A DNA stretch of 64,000 nt from an uncultured Bacteroidota bacterium (lineage in GTDB: Bacteria > Bacteroidota > Bacteroidia > Bacteroidales > P3). The translations under genes were made by a program, and so were the position numbers. Shown here one piece after another: positions 44,562 to 53,640 of the stretch. Below the pieces are notes generated by a model. The model was not told the DNA's origin, ran no database searches, and saw nothing but the letters and a program-made list of their open reading frames with translations. Location: the NCBI GenBank assembly GCA_902793295.1, contig CADBDA010000009.1, positions 13,202-77,201 of the forward strand, given 5' to 3'. Position 1 is the stretch's first letter; each line of letters opens with the position of its first letter.

Positions 44562-45077
44562 ATGCTTAACAAAAAAGTTTCCGACCTGCTCAACGAGCAA
44601 ATCAACAAAGAGTTATATTCCGCCTACCTTTACCTGGAAATGAACAACTACTTCGACAAACGCGGCCTCAACGGCTTCGCCAACTGGTACATGATCCAGG
44701 CCCAGGAAGAACGCGACCACGCCATGCTGATCTACAAGTACATGCAAAACAACGACTGTCCCATAAAGCTGAACGCCATCGCTCAACCTGACAAGGTCTT
44801 CAAGAAAGACATGGACGTCCTGAAAGCCGGCTTGGAACATGAGGAATATGTCACCGCCTCCATCCACACCATCTATGACGCTGCCTACAAGGTGAAGGAC
44901 TTCCGCACCATGCAGTTCCTCGACTGGTTCGTCAAAGAACAGGGCGAAGAGGAAACCAACGCTCGCGACCTGATCACCAAGATGGAACTCTTCGGCAGCG
45001 ACGCCAAGAGCCTCTACATGCTCAACCAGGAACTGGCGGCCCGCACCTATAGCGCCCCCAGCCTGGTGCTCGACTAA
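44562..45077 (+). CDS. ftn: non-heme ferritin
   Basis: N-terminus LNEQINKELYSAYLYLEMNNYF and QAQEERDHAMLIYKY, matching ferroxidase-centre ligand blocks. Confidence 0.85.
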   Translation: MLNKKVSDLLNEQINKELYSAYLYLEMNNYFDKRGLNGFANWYMIQAQEERDHAMLIYKYMQNNDCPIKLNAIAQPDKVFKKDMDVLKAGLEHEEYVTASIHTIYDAAYKVKDFRTMQFLDWFVKEQGEEETNARDLITKMELFGSDAKSLYMLNQELAARTYSAPSLVLD

Positions 45078-45097
45078 AAGGCACAAGACACCGAATC

Positions 45098-45135
45098 AAA
45101 ATGTGTGTGTGACCAATCACACACACATTTTTTTA
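45098..45135 (+). terminator. rho-independent terminator
   Basis: 14-bp stem aaatgtgtgtgtga paired with tcacacacacattt, followed by a T-run. Confidence 0.75.
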
Positions 45136-45144
45136 TACTGATCT

Positions 45145-45642
45145 ATGGAAAATACCGTGAGCAACGAACACTTTGAGGTCGTCTACAAGACCACCGTCAG
45201 CATAATACTTCTGGAATTGATGCGCATTGGCTTTATCGCCCTGTTGGGATATGTTGTATTTATAGTTGATGTGCTTTGGGTACAGATAATATCTGGGTTT
45301 ATGATAGTGGCACTGGCCGTGGATTGCCTGAAGATATTGAAACACACAAAGGACCGCATTACCGTCACTCCGCACAGCCTTGTCCTCACCAATCTTTACA
45401 CCAAAACCAAGCACGGGAAATGGCATACCACAAAAACTGTCGATATCCTTTGGAGCATAATTGCAGACATTGCCCCCAATTTGGAAGTTTTTAATTCCGC
45501 AGGCAGTTTCGTTCCACATAAAACAACATTAGTCAGATTGCGCAACGGGACACTCTATTGTATCGAAGACGACTACTACGACGTCATCTTCCTGACACGC
45601 AAACTCAAAGCGTTCTGGAAGGAATTCGGCAAAAAAAAGTGA
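45145..45642 (+). CDS. hypothetical membrane protein (2 TM + small soluble domain)
   Basis: 165-aa ORF in an AT-rich patch between ferritin and rubrerythrin. TM helices are IILLELMRIGFIALLGYVVFIV and VQIISGFMIVALAV. No family was recognised. Confidence 0.45.
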   Translation: MENTVSNEHFEVVYKTTVSIILLELMRIGFIALLGYVVFIVDVLWVQIISGFMIVALAVDCLKILKHTKDRITVTPHSLVLTNLYTKTKHGKWHTTKTVDILWSIIADIAPNLEVFNSAGSFVPHKTTLVRLRNGTLYCIEDDYYDVIFLTRKLKAFWKEFGKKK

Positions 45643-45681
45643 TTCCTAAAAAATTTATTTCTTCATTTCATAAATTATTAG

Positions 45682-45689
45682 TATCTTTG
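45682..45689 (+). promoter_or_regulatory. -7 box TATCTTTG
   Basis: TAnnTTTG match 52 nt upstream of ATG 45741. Confidence 0.45.
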
Positions 45690-45740
45690 TATCCTGAATT
45701 CAAACGAATTTATTAATCCTTAAAAAGCTAAAAACCAATT

Positions 45741-46283
45741 ATGAGCAAAAAATTTATCTGCCCCGTTTGCGGATATGTCTACGAAGGCGACGAAATGCCT
45801 GAAAAATGCCCCATCTGCGGCAAACAAATGCAGGAAGTGAAAGAGGACATCAAGACTTGGGCTGCCGAGCATATCGTCGGCGTCGCCAAGGATGCCCCCG
45901 AGGACATCAAGGCTGACCTGCGTATGAACTTTGAAGGCGAGTGCAAAGAGGTCGGTATGTACCTCGCAATGGCCCGCGTGGCTCATCGCGAAGGCTATCC
46001 CGAAATCGGTCTCTACTGGGAAAAGGCCGCTTGGGAAGAGGCTGAACATGCCGCCAAGTTCGCCGAACTGCTGGGCGAAGTGCTGACCGACAGCACCAAG
46101 CAGAACCTCAAGATGCGCGTCGACGCCGAATACGGTGCCACCGCCGGCAAGACCGACCTGGCCAAACGCGCCAAAGCCCTCAACCTCGACGCCATCCACG
46201 ACACTGTCCACGAAATGGCCCGCGACGAGGCTCGCCACGGCAAAGCGCTCGAAGGCCTGCTGAACCGCTACTTCAACAACTAA
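45741..46283 (+). CDS. reverse rubrerythrin (N-terminal rubredoxin-like domain + ferritin-like diiron domain)
   Basis: The N-terminus [23 protein letters not shown] is followed by diiron helices ([19 protein letters not shown] and [11 protein letters not shown]). The domain order is the reverse of classical rubrerythrin. Confidence 0.8.
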   Translation: MSKKFICPVCGYVYEGDEMPEKCPICGKQMQEVKEDIKTWAAEHIVGVAKDAPEDIKADLRMNFEGECKEVGMYLAMARVAHREGYPEIGLYWEKAAWEEAEHAAKFAELLGEVLTDSTKQNLKMRVDAEYGATAGKTDLAKRAKALNLDAIHDTVHEMARDEARHGKALEGLLNRYFNN

Positions 46284-46339
46284 GAGTAGTTCCGCCTTCG
46301 GATCGGAAAGCGGCTCCTGTCGTCTTCCGAACTACAAAC

Positions 46340-46360
46340 AAAAAAATCAGGGTACCCGAT
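46340..46360. terminator. left half of an IS-disrupted palindromic terminator
   Basis: An A-run plus atcagggtacccgat. Its complement atcggataccctgat plus a T-run resumes at 47790. Confidence 0.6.
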
Positions 46361-46396
46361 TGAAGTGACCCCAAAAAGTTGGACGGATTAATAAAA

Positions 46397-47742
46397 TCAG
46401 TTAATTTGTCTGCAGAAATGAGTTCGGTATTGTACCGGACTCATTTTTAGTTTCAGTTTGATGCGTTTGTTGTTGTAGTAGTCGATATAGTCGGCCAGTT
46501 GACGCTTGAAATCGTCCATGCTGTCGAATCGGTTGACATAAAGCAGTTCGTTCTTCATCAGGCCGAAGAAGTTCTCCATGACGGAGTTGTCGAGACAGTT
46601 GCCCTTGCGGGACATGCTCTGCAAAATGCCTTTGTCCTTCAGCATGTGTTGGTACTGGGTGTGCTGGTAGTGCCATCCCTGGTCGGAGTGCAGCAGCAGC
46701 CCCTTGAGGTTCTTTTCCCTGCGGAATGCCTTGCGCAGCATGTCGGTGACCATCTTCAGGTTGGGGCTGTCGGATATGGTGTAGCTGACCACCTCGCCGT
46801 TGAAGAGATCCAGTATCGGCGAGAGGTAGCATTTGTTGTCGCCGATGGTGATCTGCGACACGTCGGTAGCCCATTTCTCCTTTGGGGCATCGGCTGTGAA
46901 GTTGCGTTGCAGCACGTTGGGGACGATGCGTCCCACTTCTCCCTTGTAGGAGTGGTAGGCGCGTCTTTTCCGGACCCCTTTCAGCCCCATCTCCTTCATC
47001 AGTTTCTGCACGGTCTTGTGGTTCATGTGTATCCCTTCCTCTTCGAGAGCCATGGTTATGCGGCGGTATCCGTAGCGTCCGCGGTTGGCCTGGTATATGC
47101 GGCTTATCGCCTTGCGCGTCTCCCCGTACTTGTCACTGCGTTCCTTCACGCCGTAGTAGTACGTGGACCTTGCCATCCCCTTGATGTCCAGCATCAAGTC
47201 CAGCTTGTATTCCGGCCTCAGCGACTGGATGGCTTGCGCCCACTCCCTTCTTCCCGGGCGATGCGCTCTGCCACCAAGGCCTGCACTTTTTTTAGCAATG
47301 CGTTCTCCGTCCGCAGGCGCTCGTTCTCCGCCCGCAGCTTCTCCAGTTCCGTCTCCGGCTCTTTCTTCCTTGGTCGTCCCATGTCTTTTGGCGGTCTTCC
47401 TTTCCGCTTCCTCTCCAGCAATGCCGCGTAGCCCCTCTCCCTTACGGCTTTGGCCCACTTGCTCACCACACTCTGCGACACCCTGTATCGGGAGCTTACG
47501 ATGTGCAAAGGTACGCCTTTTTCCTGATATGCAAAAACAATTTCTCTTTTCTCCTCAAAACTCCACTCGTGATACGGCTGTTTTTCCAGCCCTTTCTTAC
47601 CGTACAGCTTGTACCGTTCCACCCATTCGTAGATGCAGTAGTCTTTTATGCCTAACTCTTTGGATACCAGTTTTACACTCTTGCCCGCAAGGCATCTTCT
47701 TACTGCCTCCTCTCGCTCTTTTACACTGTGTCTTTTTCTCAT
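46397..47742 (-). CDS. IS3 transposase OrfAB fusion (programmed -1 frameshift), DDE catalytic domain in OrfB part
   Basis: The 0-frame ...LLKK shifts -1 at CTA AAA AAA GTG to give KKSAGLGGRAHRPGRREWAQAIQSLRPEYKLD..., the frame of track ORF 46397..47458. DDE blocks are WATDVSQ, LHSDQGWHY and CLDNSVMENFFG. Confidence 0.75.
47218..47742 (-). CDS. IS3 transposase OrfA (HTH)
   Basis: MRKRHSVKEREEAVRRCLAGKSVKLVSKELGI... plus a leucine-zipper-like ELEKLRAENERLRTENALLKK. The track start at 47784 lies inside the terminal repeat, so the start was trimmed to ATG 47742. Confidence 0.8.
   Translation of the reverse strand: MRKRHSVKEREEAVRRCLAGKSVKLVSKELGIKDYCIYEWVERYKLYGKKGLEKQPYHEWSFEEKREIVFAYQEKGVPLHIVSSRYRVSQSVVSKWAKAVRERGYAALLERKRKGRPPKDMGRPRKKEPETELEKLRAENERLRTENALLKKVQALVAERIAREEGSGRKPSSR
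47286..47293 (-). promoter_or_regulatory. slippery heptamer A AAA AAA(G) for -1 ribosomal frameshift
   Basis: T7 run on the plus strand at 47287-47293. The frames of OrfA and OrfB overlap here. Confidence 0.7.
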
Positions 47743-47788
47743 AATAAAACCCCGAAAGTTTTTTGTCCAACTTTCGGGGTTCATTACA

Positions 47789-47809
47789 GATCGGATACCC
47801 TGATTTTTT
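47789..47809. terminator. right half of the IS-disrupted palindromic terminator
   Basis: gatcggataccctgat followed by TTTTTT. See 46340-46360. Confidence 0.6.
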
Positions 47810-47836
47810 ATTGCTCCTCGTTAAAGGAGTCTGTGG

Positions 47837-50800
47837 TTAGCGGATGACAACCACGCGCTTGGTTTCCACACCAGCCACCTTGACCAGGTAAACACCGTTG
47901 GCGGGAACGGCATAGACCTCGGTGGTGTTGGCCGAAAGGGTGTGGTGGAGCATACGACCGTTGATGTCGAAGAGGTAAACCTCACGACCTTCGGCTCCAT
48001 TCAGCACAACCTGTCCGTCCTTGCTGTATGCGTAGACATTGACCTCTTCCACGTCTTCAATACCGACATTAGCGGCAAAGTTGACGGTGACAGTCATGGT
48101 TAGACCAAGCATCTCTTCATCTACTTCAAGAGATTCGGTAGTGAAACTGAGATCGGTGAAGGTGGTGTCAAACATGGTGAATCCCATCATGGAGATGGTG
48201 ATATCGACACTTACGAAATGATAGCGTTCATTCGGTGTCACGGTGAAGTTGATCACGTCGCCGGCATTGTAGGTATGGGTGCCGGGAGCGGGGGTCATCG
48301 TACCCATCGTGGAATCGTTGACAGCGGTGACAAGGGTGAAGGGTTCTTCAACAGCGCCCTCGGCAAAGACAGCCATGAGGGTGATGTCGCGTGTGACGTT
48401 GAAGCTGTAGGGGTTCGTCGTGACAACAGAACCATCATCAACAACCCACTGCACGAAGTGGTAACCATCTTCGGCAAGGGCAATGGCGGTGAAGGTTTCG
48501 CCTGCAGCAACTGTGGTGCTGCCCCCAGGAATCACATCGCCCATCTCGCTATCGGAGGTCATCAGGGTCACAGTGTACTGAGTGGGCTGCTCGGAGGAGA
48601 CCTGGAAAATGGCCGTAATGGCTAACGTGGCGCCATAGTCGACAATGTCCTGCGGCAAGGTGCCGAAACTTATCGGATTGCTGAATTCTTCATCGTTGTT
48701 ATAGATGGTGTCTGCTTGGACAACACTACCGTTCATAAGGATTCCTAAGACCCATGCGCTGAGTTCGTAACCGGTGTTGGCGATGGCTTCTGCCTGAATC
48801 ATGCTGCCGACATAGGTGGTATAGGTGCCGGGAGCAGGGTTGGTGGTACCCATCGTGGCATCGTTGACAGCATAAGTGATAGTGGTGCTGTCGGGATTGC
48901 CAGCCTCAAACAGGGCCGTCAGCGTCATGCTGCCATAGTTCATGAGCAGGTCGGCGGGAATATAAGCCGAAACATACTGATCGCCAAGGGTGTCGGGATC
49001 TTCACCGCTAACGATCATTTCCCAACCGACAAAATGGTAACCGCTGTTAGCGATAGCGCTGAAAAATACGGTGTCGCCCGAAAGGTACTGGTAGGTGCCG
49101 GGAGCGGGGTTAGTGGTACCCATAGTGGCATCATTGACGGCAAAGGTGACAGTCAGCGTGTCGGGGTCGGGTGCTACGTATGCACCTTGGAAAATCTCTA
49201 TGTCATCGATGGCCAAGAAGTCAGCATCATAGCTGTCATAGTGGTGGAATGCGATGTAGACACTCTGTCCGGCATAGTTGGAGAGGTCAACCTCTTCACG
49301 GGTCCAGTCATCGTTGGCTGCAGTGGGCAGGATGTTGAAGAGCTGGGTGGTGAAGCTGGCTGTGTCGGATGTGGTGGTGGAAATGCGCACCTCGTATTTG
49401 TCTTCAGGATAAGAACCGTTGACACGGAACCACCAGCTGAGCTTCAGCGAGTCGGTCGTCGTGGGAAGCACGATTTGCGGCGATACGAGCCATGCATTGG
49501 CATGTACAGCGCCAGCGTTGTAGGAAACGGAGGCAGCCATACCCAATCCGCTGTGGGCGGCAATGTTGGCATTGTTGATGATGCTGCTCCAGGGGAAACC
49601 GTCAGCGCTGCCGTTGACAGTGGTCCAGCAGCCCAGACCGTTCTCAAAGCCTTCTGCATAGGGCAGTGTGGTGACATTATCACATTCGGTCATTGCAACG
49701 ACGGTGCCCATCGAAGAAGAATCTTCGCTGGAGCAGATGGCGATCACACCAAAGGTGTAGGAGGTGCCGGCGGTAAGTCCGGTGAAGGTGTAGTTGTTGG
49801 CAGTCACACCGGCCTGGACAAGGGTCTGACCGTTGTAGACGTCAAAACTCGTAGCGTTGCTGGTCCAGCTGATGGTGGCAGTGGTAGTCGTTGTAGCACC
49901 AAGCGTGACAGCGGGGGTCAGACAGCTCGGGCAGGCATCGGTGAGGGTGAAGAAGACGGCGCCGCTGGTGTAGCCGGTCACATCGTCGGTAGTGAAAGCC
50001 TGAACGCCGGCTCCATCAAGGATGGTGAAGGCTACGTCTTCGTCATAGTCGCCTCCCATATTCACCCAAGTGAAGGTGACAGGAGTGCCGCTGCAAACGG
50101 TGACATTGAATGTCTCGCTGGAACCATTGACAGTCAGCTGGGCAATCGAAGTGCCGTCCTGAATAACGTTGATATAAGAACCGTCCCAACCATCATAGTA
50201 GGCATCGGTGGCATTGATGGTCACCGTGCAGGAATTGGTGCAGGCAGTGCGGGCAGCGATACTGACGGTGTCGGAAGTCGAGGTACCGCAGTCGGCCACA
50301 ACACCGAAGGTGTAGTTGGTGGCTTCGGTGAGACCGTTGATGGTCACATAGTTGTCGGTGGTGGTGGCAACGCTGGCGCCAGTGGTCATATTGATCACAC
50401 TGTAGCTGTTGGCGGTGCCAGTCCAGCTGAGGCTGACGCTCGTGGTGCTTGCGCTGTCGACAGTAAGGGCGGCGACAGGTGCGCAATAGTCACCTTCCAT
50501 AGCGGTGACGACAACGCTGTCAACCCATGCATAATAGCTGTAGTTGCCATAGTAGTGGACAGCCAGCTGGGTGGCGGTGGCAGGAATCACAAAAGTCTGG
50601 CTCTGCCAGTCGTTTTGGCCGCTGGTGGTGTAAGCTGTGGGATCCCAAATGGTATCGGTAGCGGTGATGTAGCCGAAGTAGAGGTTGTCGCTGCTGCCAT
50701 AGGTGGCATAAACAACGCTGACACTAAGGTTGGTGGCAGAGGCGTCGACATCAAGCGTCGGTGAATAGCCGTACTGGTCGTAGTTGCTGGCATAGCTGTA

Positions 50801-52654
50801 GGAGCTGAAACGCATCGTCTCACGTCCGTTCAAAGTAACAAAACCAGCACCATTGCTGCCTCCCATATTGGCGTTATCGCCAACGATGGTCCAGCAGCTG
50901 CGGGTACCACTGGTGGATTCGAAAGTCTCAGTGTAGGGCAGTTCAACGGCCGTGCAGCTCGTAGTGAAGCTGATGGAGGTAATGATGCTCTCATTGTCGC
51001 CACAATCGGCAGTAACACCATAGGTGTAAGCCGTCATGGGGTTAAGGTTGGTCAACGTGACAGTAGTGTCGCTCACATTTTCTGCAAAGGTGGTGTCGGT
51101 AGCGGTAATGACATAAACATTGTAGCTGCTGGCAGTACCTTCCCAGTTCAAGGTGGCGCCGTCGGTGGTGACATCGCTCACGGTCAGGTTGGAGGCAGGA
51201 TAGCAGATGCTACCGGTGCTTTCCTCAATCAGAATATTGTCGATGTGCAGGTTGTTGTCGCCGCCACTCTGGGTCGACTGGGCATAGAAGGCAACGCGGA
51301 CCGTATCGCCGGCATAGTTGCTCAGGTCAACATACTGGGGCACATAGGTGGTGCCGGCAATGCCGCTCAGGCTGATGTTGGAGGCAACACTCCAACTCTG
51401 ACCACCATCGGTGGTGACAAGCACCTTGAATGCCTGGCTGCTGTTGTTCTCAAAACCGCTGGCAGCACCTGTACCACTATAGGCAGTGAAGACAGCATCG
51501 AACGACAACAGGGGCGAAGAAGCGCTTCCAAGGTCAATCTCAGGGGTGATGATCCATTTGGTGCAGGAGGAACCGTAGATATTCACACGGTAATGACCGG
51601 CTTCGATTCCGTTGCTCAGCGAACTTGAATGAGTCCAAACATTGTTATTGGTCATGTTAACGCTCGTATCTTCTGCATAGAGGACATTGGCACCACGCCA
51701 GCAGGGATCGTCAGTCAACGAGGCGTTGAAGTTCTCACTGAACGGCAGGCTGTAGGGGGCGCAGGAGGTACGGAAAGAAACTGTACGCAAAGCGCTCTCA
51801 TCGCTTCCGCAGTTGGCCGCTACGCCAAAAGTGTACTGCGTGTTCGGGTCAAGTGCGTAAAGGTCGGCAGTGGTGTCCGTTGCATACTCGTACACGGTGG
51901 TGTCGCTCATATCATAGATCGTATAACCGTCGGCATCGCCAATCCACGAAATCGTGGCTCCATTGGAAGTGACATTGCTCACCACAAGACCGGTCACAGG
52001 AGGACATGCGGGAATCTCTTCAACAAGCACATTGTCGATGTGCAGGTTGTTGTCGCCGCCGCTGACGGTGGATTCACCATAGAAAGCAATCTTGATAGAG
52101 TCGCCCAGATAGGCGTTGAGGTTGATCACGAAATTCTGGAAGCTGCTGTAGGGAAGTGCAGTGAGGTCGTAGTCGGCCACACCAGCCGTCACGCTGTCAG
52201 CAATCATCCATTTGGTGGCATTGGCAGCACTCCAAGTCTGGCCGTTGTCGGTAGAGATGATGACCATGAACTTGTCATCGGCAACATTGGAGACATTGGC
52301 CGGGTTCGAGCCACTGTAGGCAGTGAAAGCCAAATCGAAGCTCAATTGTGCCGAAGTGGCATTGGTCAGGTCAATTGTTGGGGTGACCAGCCACTTGTAG
52401 CACGATGTGCCATAGATGTTAACACGTGCATGGCTGTTGGTCAGACCGTTGTTGCTTCCGAAGTTCCATCCATAAGTGGCGGAACTTGGTGCTGTACCAG
52501 CAAACGCCTGGTCAACAAGACCCGTGTACATTGTCCAGCCTGTTGGAGCTGAGGAGCCGCTGAAAGTTTCCTCGAAAGGAAGACTTTGGGCATTCGATGC
52601 AAACGGCAAAAGCATAAGCGCCGCAAGCATCATTGTACGTAAAAAGTTTTGCAT
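47837..52654 (-). CDS. T9SS-secreted surface protein (1605 aa): choice-of-anchor-J-like modules, FN3-like domains, InlB-B-repeat-like domains, CTD
   Basis: Signal peptide MQNFLRTMMLAALMLLPFASNAQS. Repeated blocks LPF.E.F......GW...........W...........A.V.IYG..C.KW..TP.IDL and LHIDN.L.EE occur throughout. B-repeat motifs GYHFVGWE, GYELSAW and GYHFVQW are present. The CTD reads ...GREVYLFDINGRML...NGVYLVKVAGVETKRVVVIR. Confidence 0.85.
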   Translation of the reverse strand: MQNFLRTMMLAALMLLPFASNAQSLPFEETFSGSSAPTGWTMYTGLVDQAFAGTAPSSATYGWNFGSNNGLTNSHARVNIYGTSCYKWLVTPTIDLTNATSAQLSFDLAFTAYSGSNPANVSNVADDKFMVIISTDNGQTWSAANATKWMIADSVTAGVADYDLTALPYSSFQNFVINLNAYLGDSIKIAFYGESTVSGGDNNLHIDNVLVEEIPACPPVTGLVVSNVTSNGATISWIGDADGYTIYDMSDTTVYEYATDTTADLYALDPNTQYTFGVAANCGSDESALRTVSFRTSCAPYSLPFSENFNASLTDDPCWRGANVLYAEDTSVNMTNNNVWTHSSSLSNGIEAGHYRVNIYGSSCTKWIITPEIDLGSASSPLLSFDAVFTAYSGTGAASGFENNSSQAFKVLVTTDGGQSWSVASNISLSGIAGTTYVPQYVDLSNYAGDTVRVAFYAQSTQSGGDNNLHIDNILIEESTGSICYPASNLTVSDVTTDGATLNWEGTASSYNVYVITATDTTFAENVSDTTVTLTNLNPMTAYTYGVTADCGDNESIITSISFTTSCTAVELPYTETFESTSGTRSCWTIVGDNANMGGSNGAGFVTLNGRETMRFSSYSYASNYDQYGYSPTLDVDASATNLSVSVVYATYGSSDNLYFGYITATDTIWDPTAYTTSGQNDWQSQTFVIPATATQLAVHYYGNYSYYAWVDSVVVTAMEGDYCAPVAALTVDSASTTSVSLSWTGTANSYSVINMTTGASVATTTDNYVTINGLTEATNYTFGVVADCGTSTSDTVSIAARTACTNSCTVTINATDAYYDGWDGSYINVIQDGTSIAQLTVNGSSETFNVTVCSGTPVTFTWVNMGGDYDEDVAFTILDGAGVQAFTTDDVTGYTSGAVFFTLTDACPSCLTPAVTLGATTTTTATISWTSNATSFDVYNGQTLVQAGVTANNYTFTGLTAGTSYTFGVIAICSSEDSSSMGTVVAMTECDNVTTLPYAEGFENGLGCWTTVNGSADGFPWSSIINNANIAAHSGLGMAASVSYNAGAVHANAWLVSPQIVLPTTTDSLKLSWWFRVNGSYPEDKYEVRISTTTSDTASFTTQLFNILPTAANDDWTREEVDLSNYAGQSVYIAFHHYDSYDADFLAIDDIEIFQGAYVAPDPDTLTVTFAVNDATMGTTNPAPGTYQYLSGDTVFFSAIANSGYHFVGWEMIVSGEDPDTLGDQYVSAYIPADLLMNYGSMTLTALFEAGNPDSTTITYAVNDATMGTTNPAPGTYTTYVGSMIQAEAIANTGYELSAWVLGILMNGSVVQADTIYNNDEEFSNPISFGTLPQDIVDYGATLAITAIFQVSSEQPTQYTVTLMTSDSEMGDVIPGGSTTVAAGETFTAIALAEDGYHFVQWVVDDGSVVTTNPYSFNVTRDITLMAVFAEGAVEEPFTLVTAVNDSTMGTMTPAPGTHTYNAGDVINFTVTPNERYHFVSVDITISMMGFTMFDTTFTDLSFTTESLEVDEEMLGLTMTVTVNFAANVGIEDVEEVNVYAYSKDGQVVLNGAEGREVYLFDINGRMLHHTLSANTTEVYAVPANGVYLVKVAGVETKRVVVIR

Positions 52655-52727
52655 GTTGTTTTAATTGAAGTTAATAATAAGTTGATTAATAAATTTGTAG
52701 TAATTATTTGATTTGAGAAAATTGTTG

Positions 52728-52735
52728 CAAAAATA
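52728..52735 (-). promoter_or_regulatory. -7 box TATTTTTG (minus strand)
   Basis: Reverse complement of caaaaata, about 75 nt upstream of ATG 52654. Confidence 0.4.
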
Positions 52736-52877
52736 CGCCAAATTGTTGACATTTCAACACTTTTTATAATATTTAACGATATTATTGACGAACGCCCCCT
52801 TTCGCCCAACACAAAGATATGTGCTGACATTCTCCCCCAAAAATGGAAAACCAAGAGTCCTAAAACCCTCAATGACC

Positions 52878-52907
52878 CAAAAGAAAAAAGCCTCCCTACG
52901 GAGGCTT
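52878..52907 (-). terminator. rho-independent terminator after the tRNA cluster
   Basis: Minus strand: the stem is aagcctcc paired with ggaggctt, with loop gtag, followed by TTTTCTTTT. Confidence 0.65.
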
Positions 52908-52915
52908 CGCGATTC

Positions 52916-52992
52916 TGGTGACCCTGCTGCGATTCGAACGCAGGACCTACTGCTTAGAAGGCAGTTGCTCTATCCAGCTGAGCTACGGGGCC
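52916..52992 (-). tRNA. tRNA-Arg (anticodon TCT), CCA encoded
   Basis: Manual cloverleaf: GGCCCCG/TA/GCTC..GAGC/A/ACTGC-CTTCTAA-GCAGT/AGGTC/CTGCG-TTCGAAT-CGCAG/CAGGGTC/A/CCA. One C-A mismatch and one G-U pair lie in the acceptor stem. Confidence 0.85.
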
Positions 52993-53004
52993 ATCATTAT
53001 TTTG

Positions 53005-53079
53005 TCGGGACGCCCAGATTCGAACTGGGGGTCTCCTGCTCCCAAAGCAGGCGCGATAACCGGACTACGCTACATCCCG
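53005..53079 (-). tRNA. tRNA-Pro (anticodon TGG)
   Basis: CGGGATGTAGCG... acceptor and D arm, anticodon arm CCTGC-TTTGGGA-GCAGG, T arm CCCAG-TTCGAAT-CTGGG. Confidence 0.85.
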
Positions 53080-53090
53080 TGGATGTTCAT

Positions 53091-53121
53091 AAAAAAAACG
53101 CCTCTTTCTGGGGGGCGTTTT
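53091..53121 (-). terminator. hairpin + T8 after tRNA-Ser
   Basis: Minus strand: the stem is aacgcc paired with ggcgtt, followed by TTTTTTTT. Confidence 0.5.
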
Positions 53122-53123
53122 TG

Positions 53124-53211
53124 CGGAGAAGGGGGGATTCGAACCCCCGGTACCCTAATCGAGTACGACAGTTTAGCAAACTGTTGGTTTCAGCCACTCA
53201 CCCACCTCTCC
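53124..53211 (-). tRNA. tRNA-Ser (anticodon GCT), long variable arm
   Basis: GGAGAGGTGGGTGAGTGGCTGAAACC..., anticodon arm ACAGT-TTGCTAA-ACTGT, a long variable arm, and T arm CGGGGG-TTCGAAT-CCCCC. Confidence 0.85.
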
Positions 53212-53640
53212 GTAGCTGTATGATTTCTGTTGTCACAGACCCTTGTCTATGGAAGCATCGGCTTCGAAATCGGCTGCAAAAGTACAAACATTTTTTCAAC
53301 CAGCAAAATTTTTTTTGCCTTTCATCGATCGATATCCGAAAAACAACCTATTTTTGCATTGATTTCAAGATGTTTATATCATAATCCACAATCTCATCTC
53401 CTTCACCTCCTCCCCGCTTCCATCATCAGCTTTTCACCCTGTTTTACGACACCAAAAAGGCTTTTTCCGACCGCTATATGATCCCTTTTTCACACCCCAA
53501 ACCGGACGTTCATTTTGCCGGTTGCATAGAACATAGCCTCTCGTGATGATAAAAAGGGAGGGCGGCTTGCGTTGGCAAGCCGCCCTCCAAAATGATGTGA
53601 TTCGTCGTTAGTCTGTCACTTTCTCACTTCTACCGTTCCG

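Larger units (their letters stand above)
46361..47788 (-). mobile_element. IS3-family insertion sequence (1428 bp)
   Basis: Terminal inverted repeats are TGAAGTGACCCCAAAAAGTTGGAC (left) and TGTAATGAACCCCGAAAGTTGGAC (right, reverse complement), with TG...CA ends. A 3-bp direct repeat GAT flanks the element (46358-46360 and 47789-47791). Two overlapping ORFs share an A7 slippery site. Confidence 0.85.

Noticed and set aside
52916-52992. tRNA-Arg as a pseudogene, because of a C-A mismatch at acceptor pair 6-67
   Set aside because: All other stems, the conserved T-loop TTCGAAT and the D-loop AGCTGGATAGAGC are intact, and an encoded CCA is present. A single acceptor mismatch is tolerated in genuine tRNAs.
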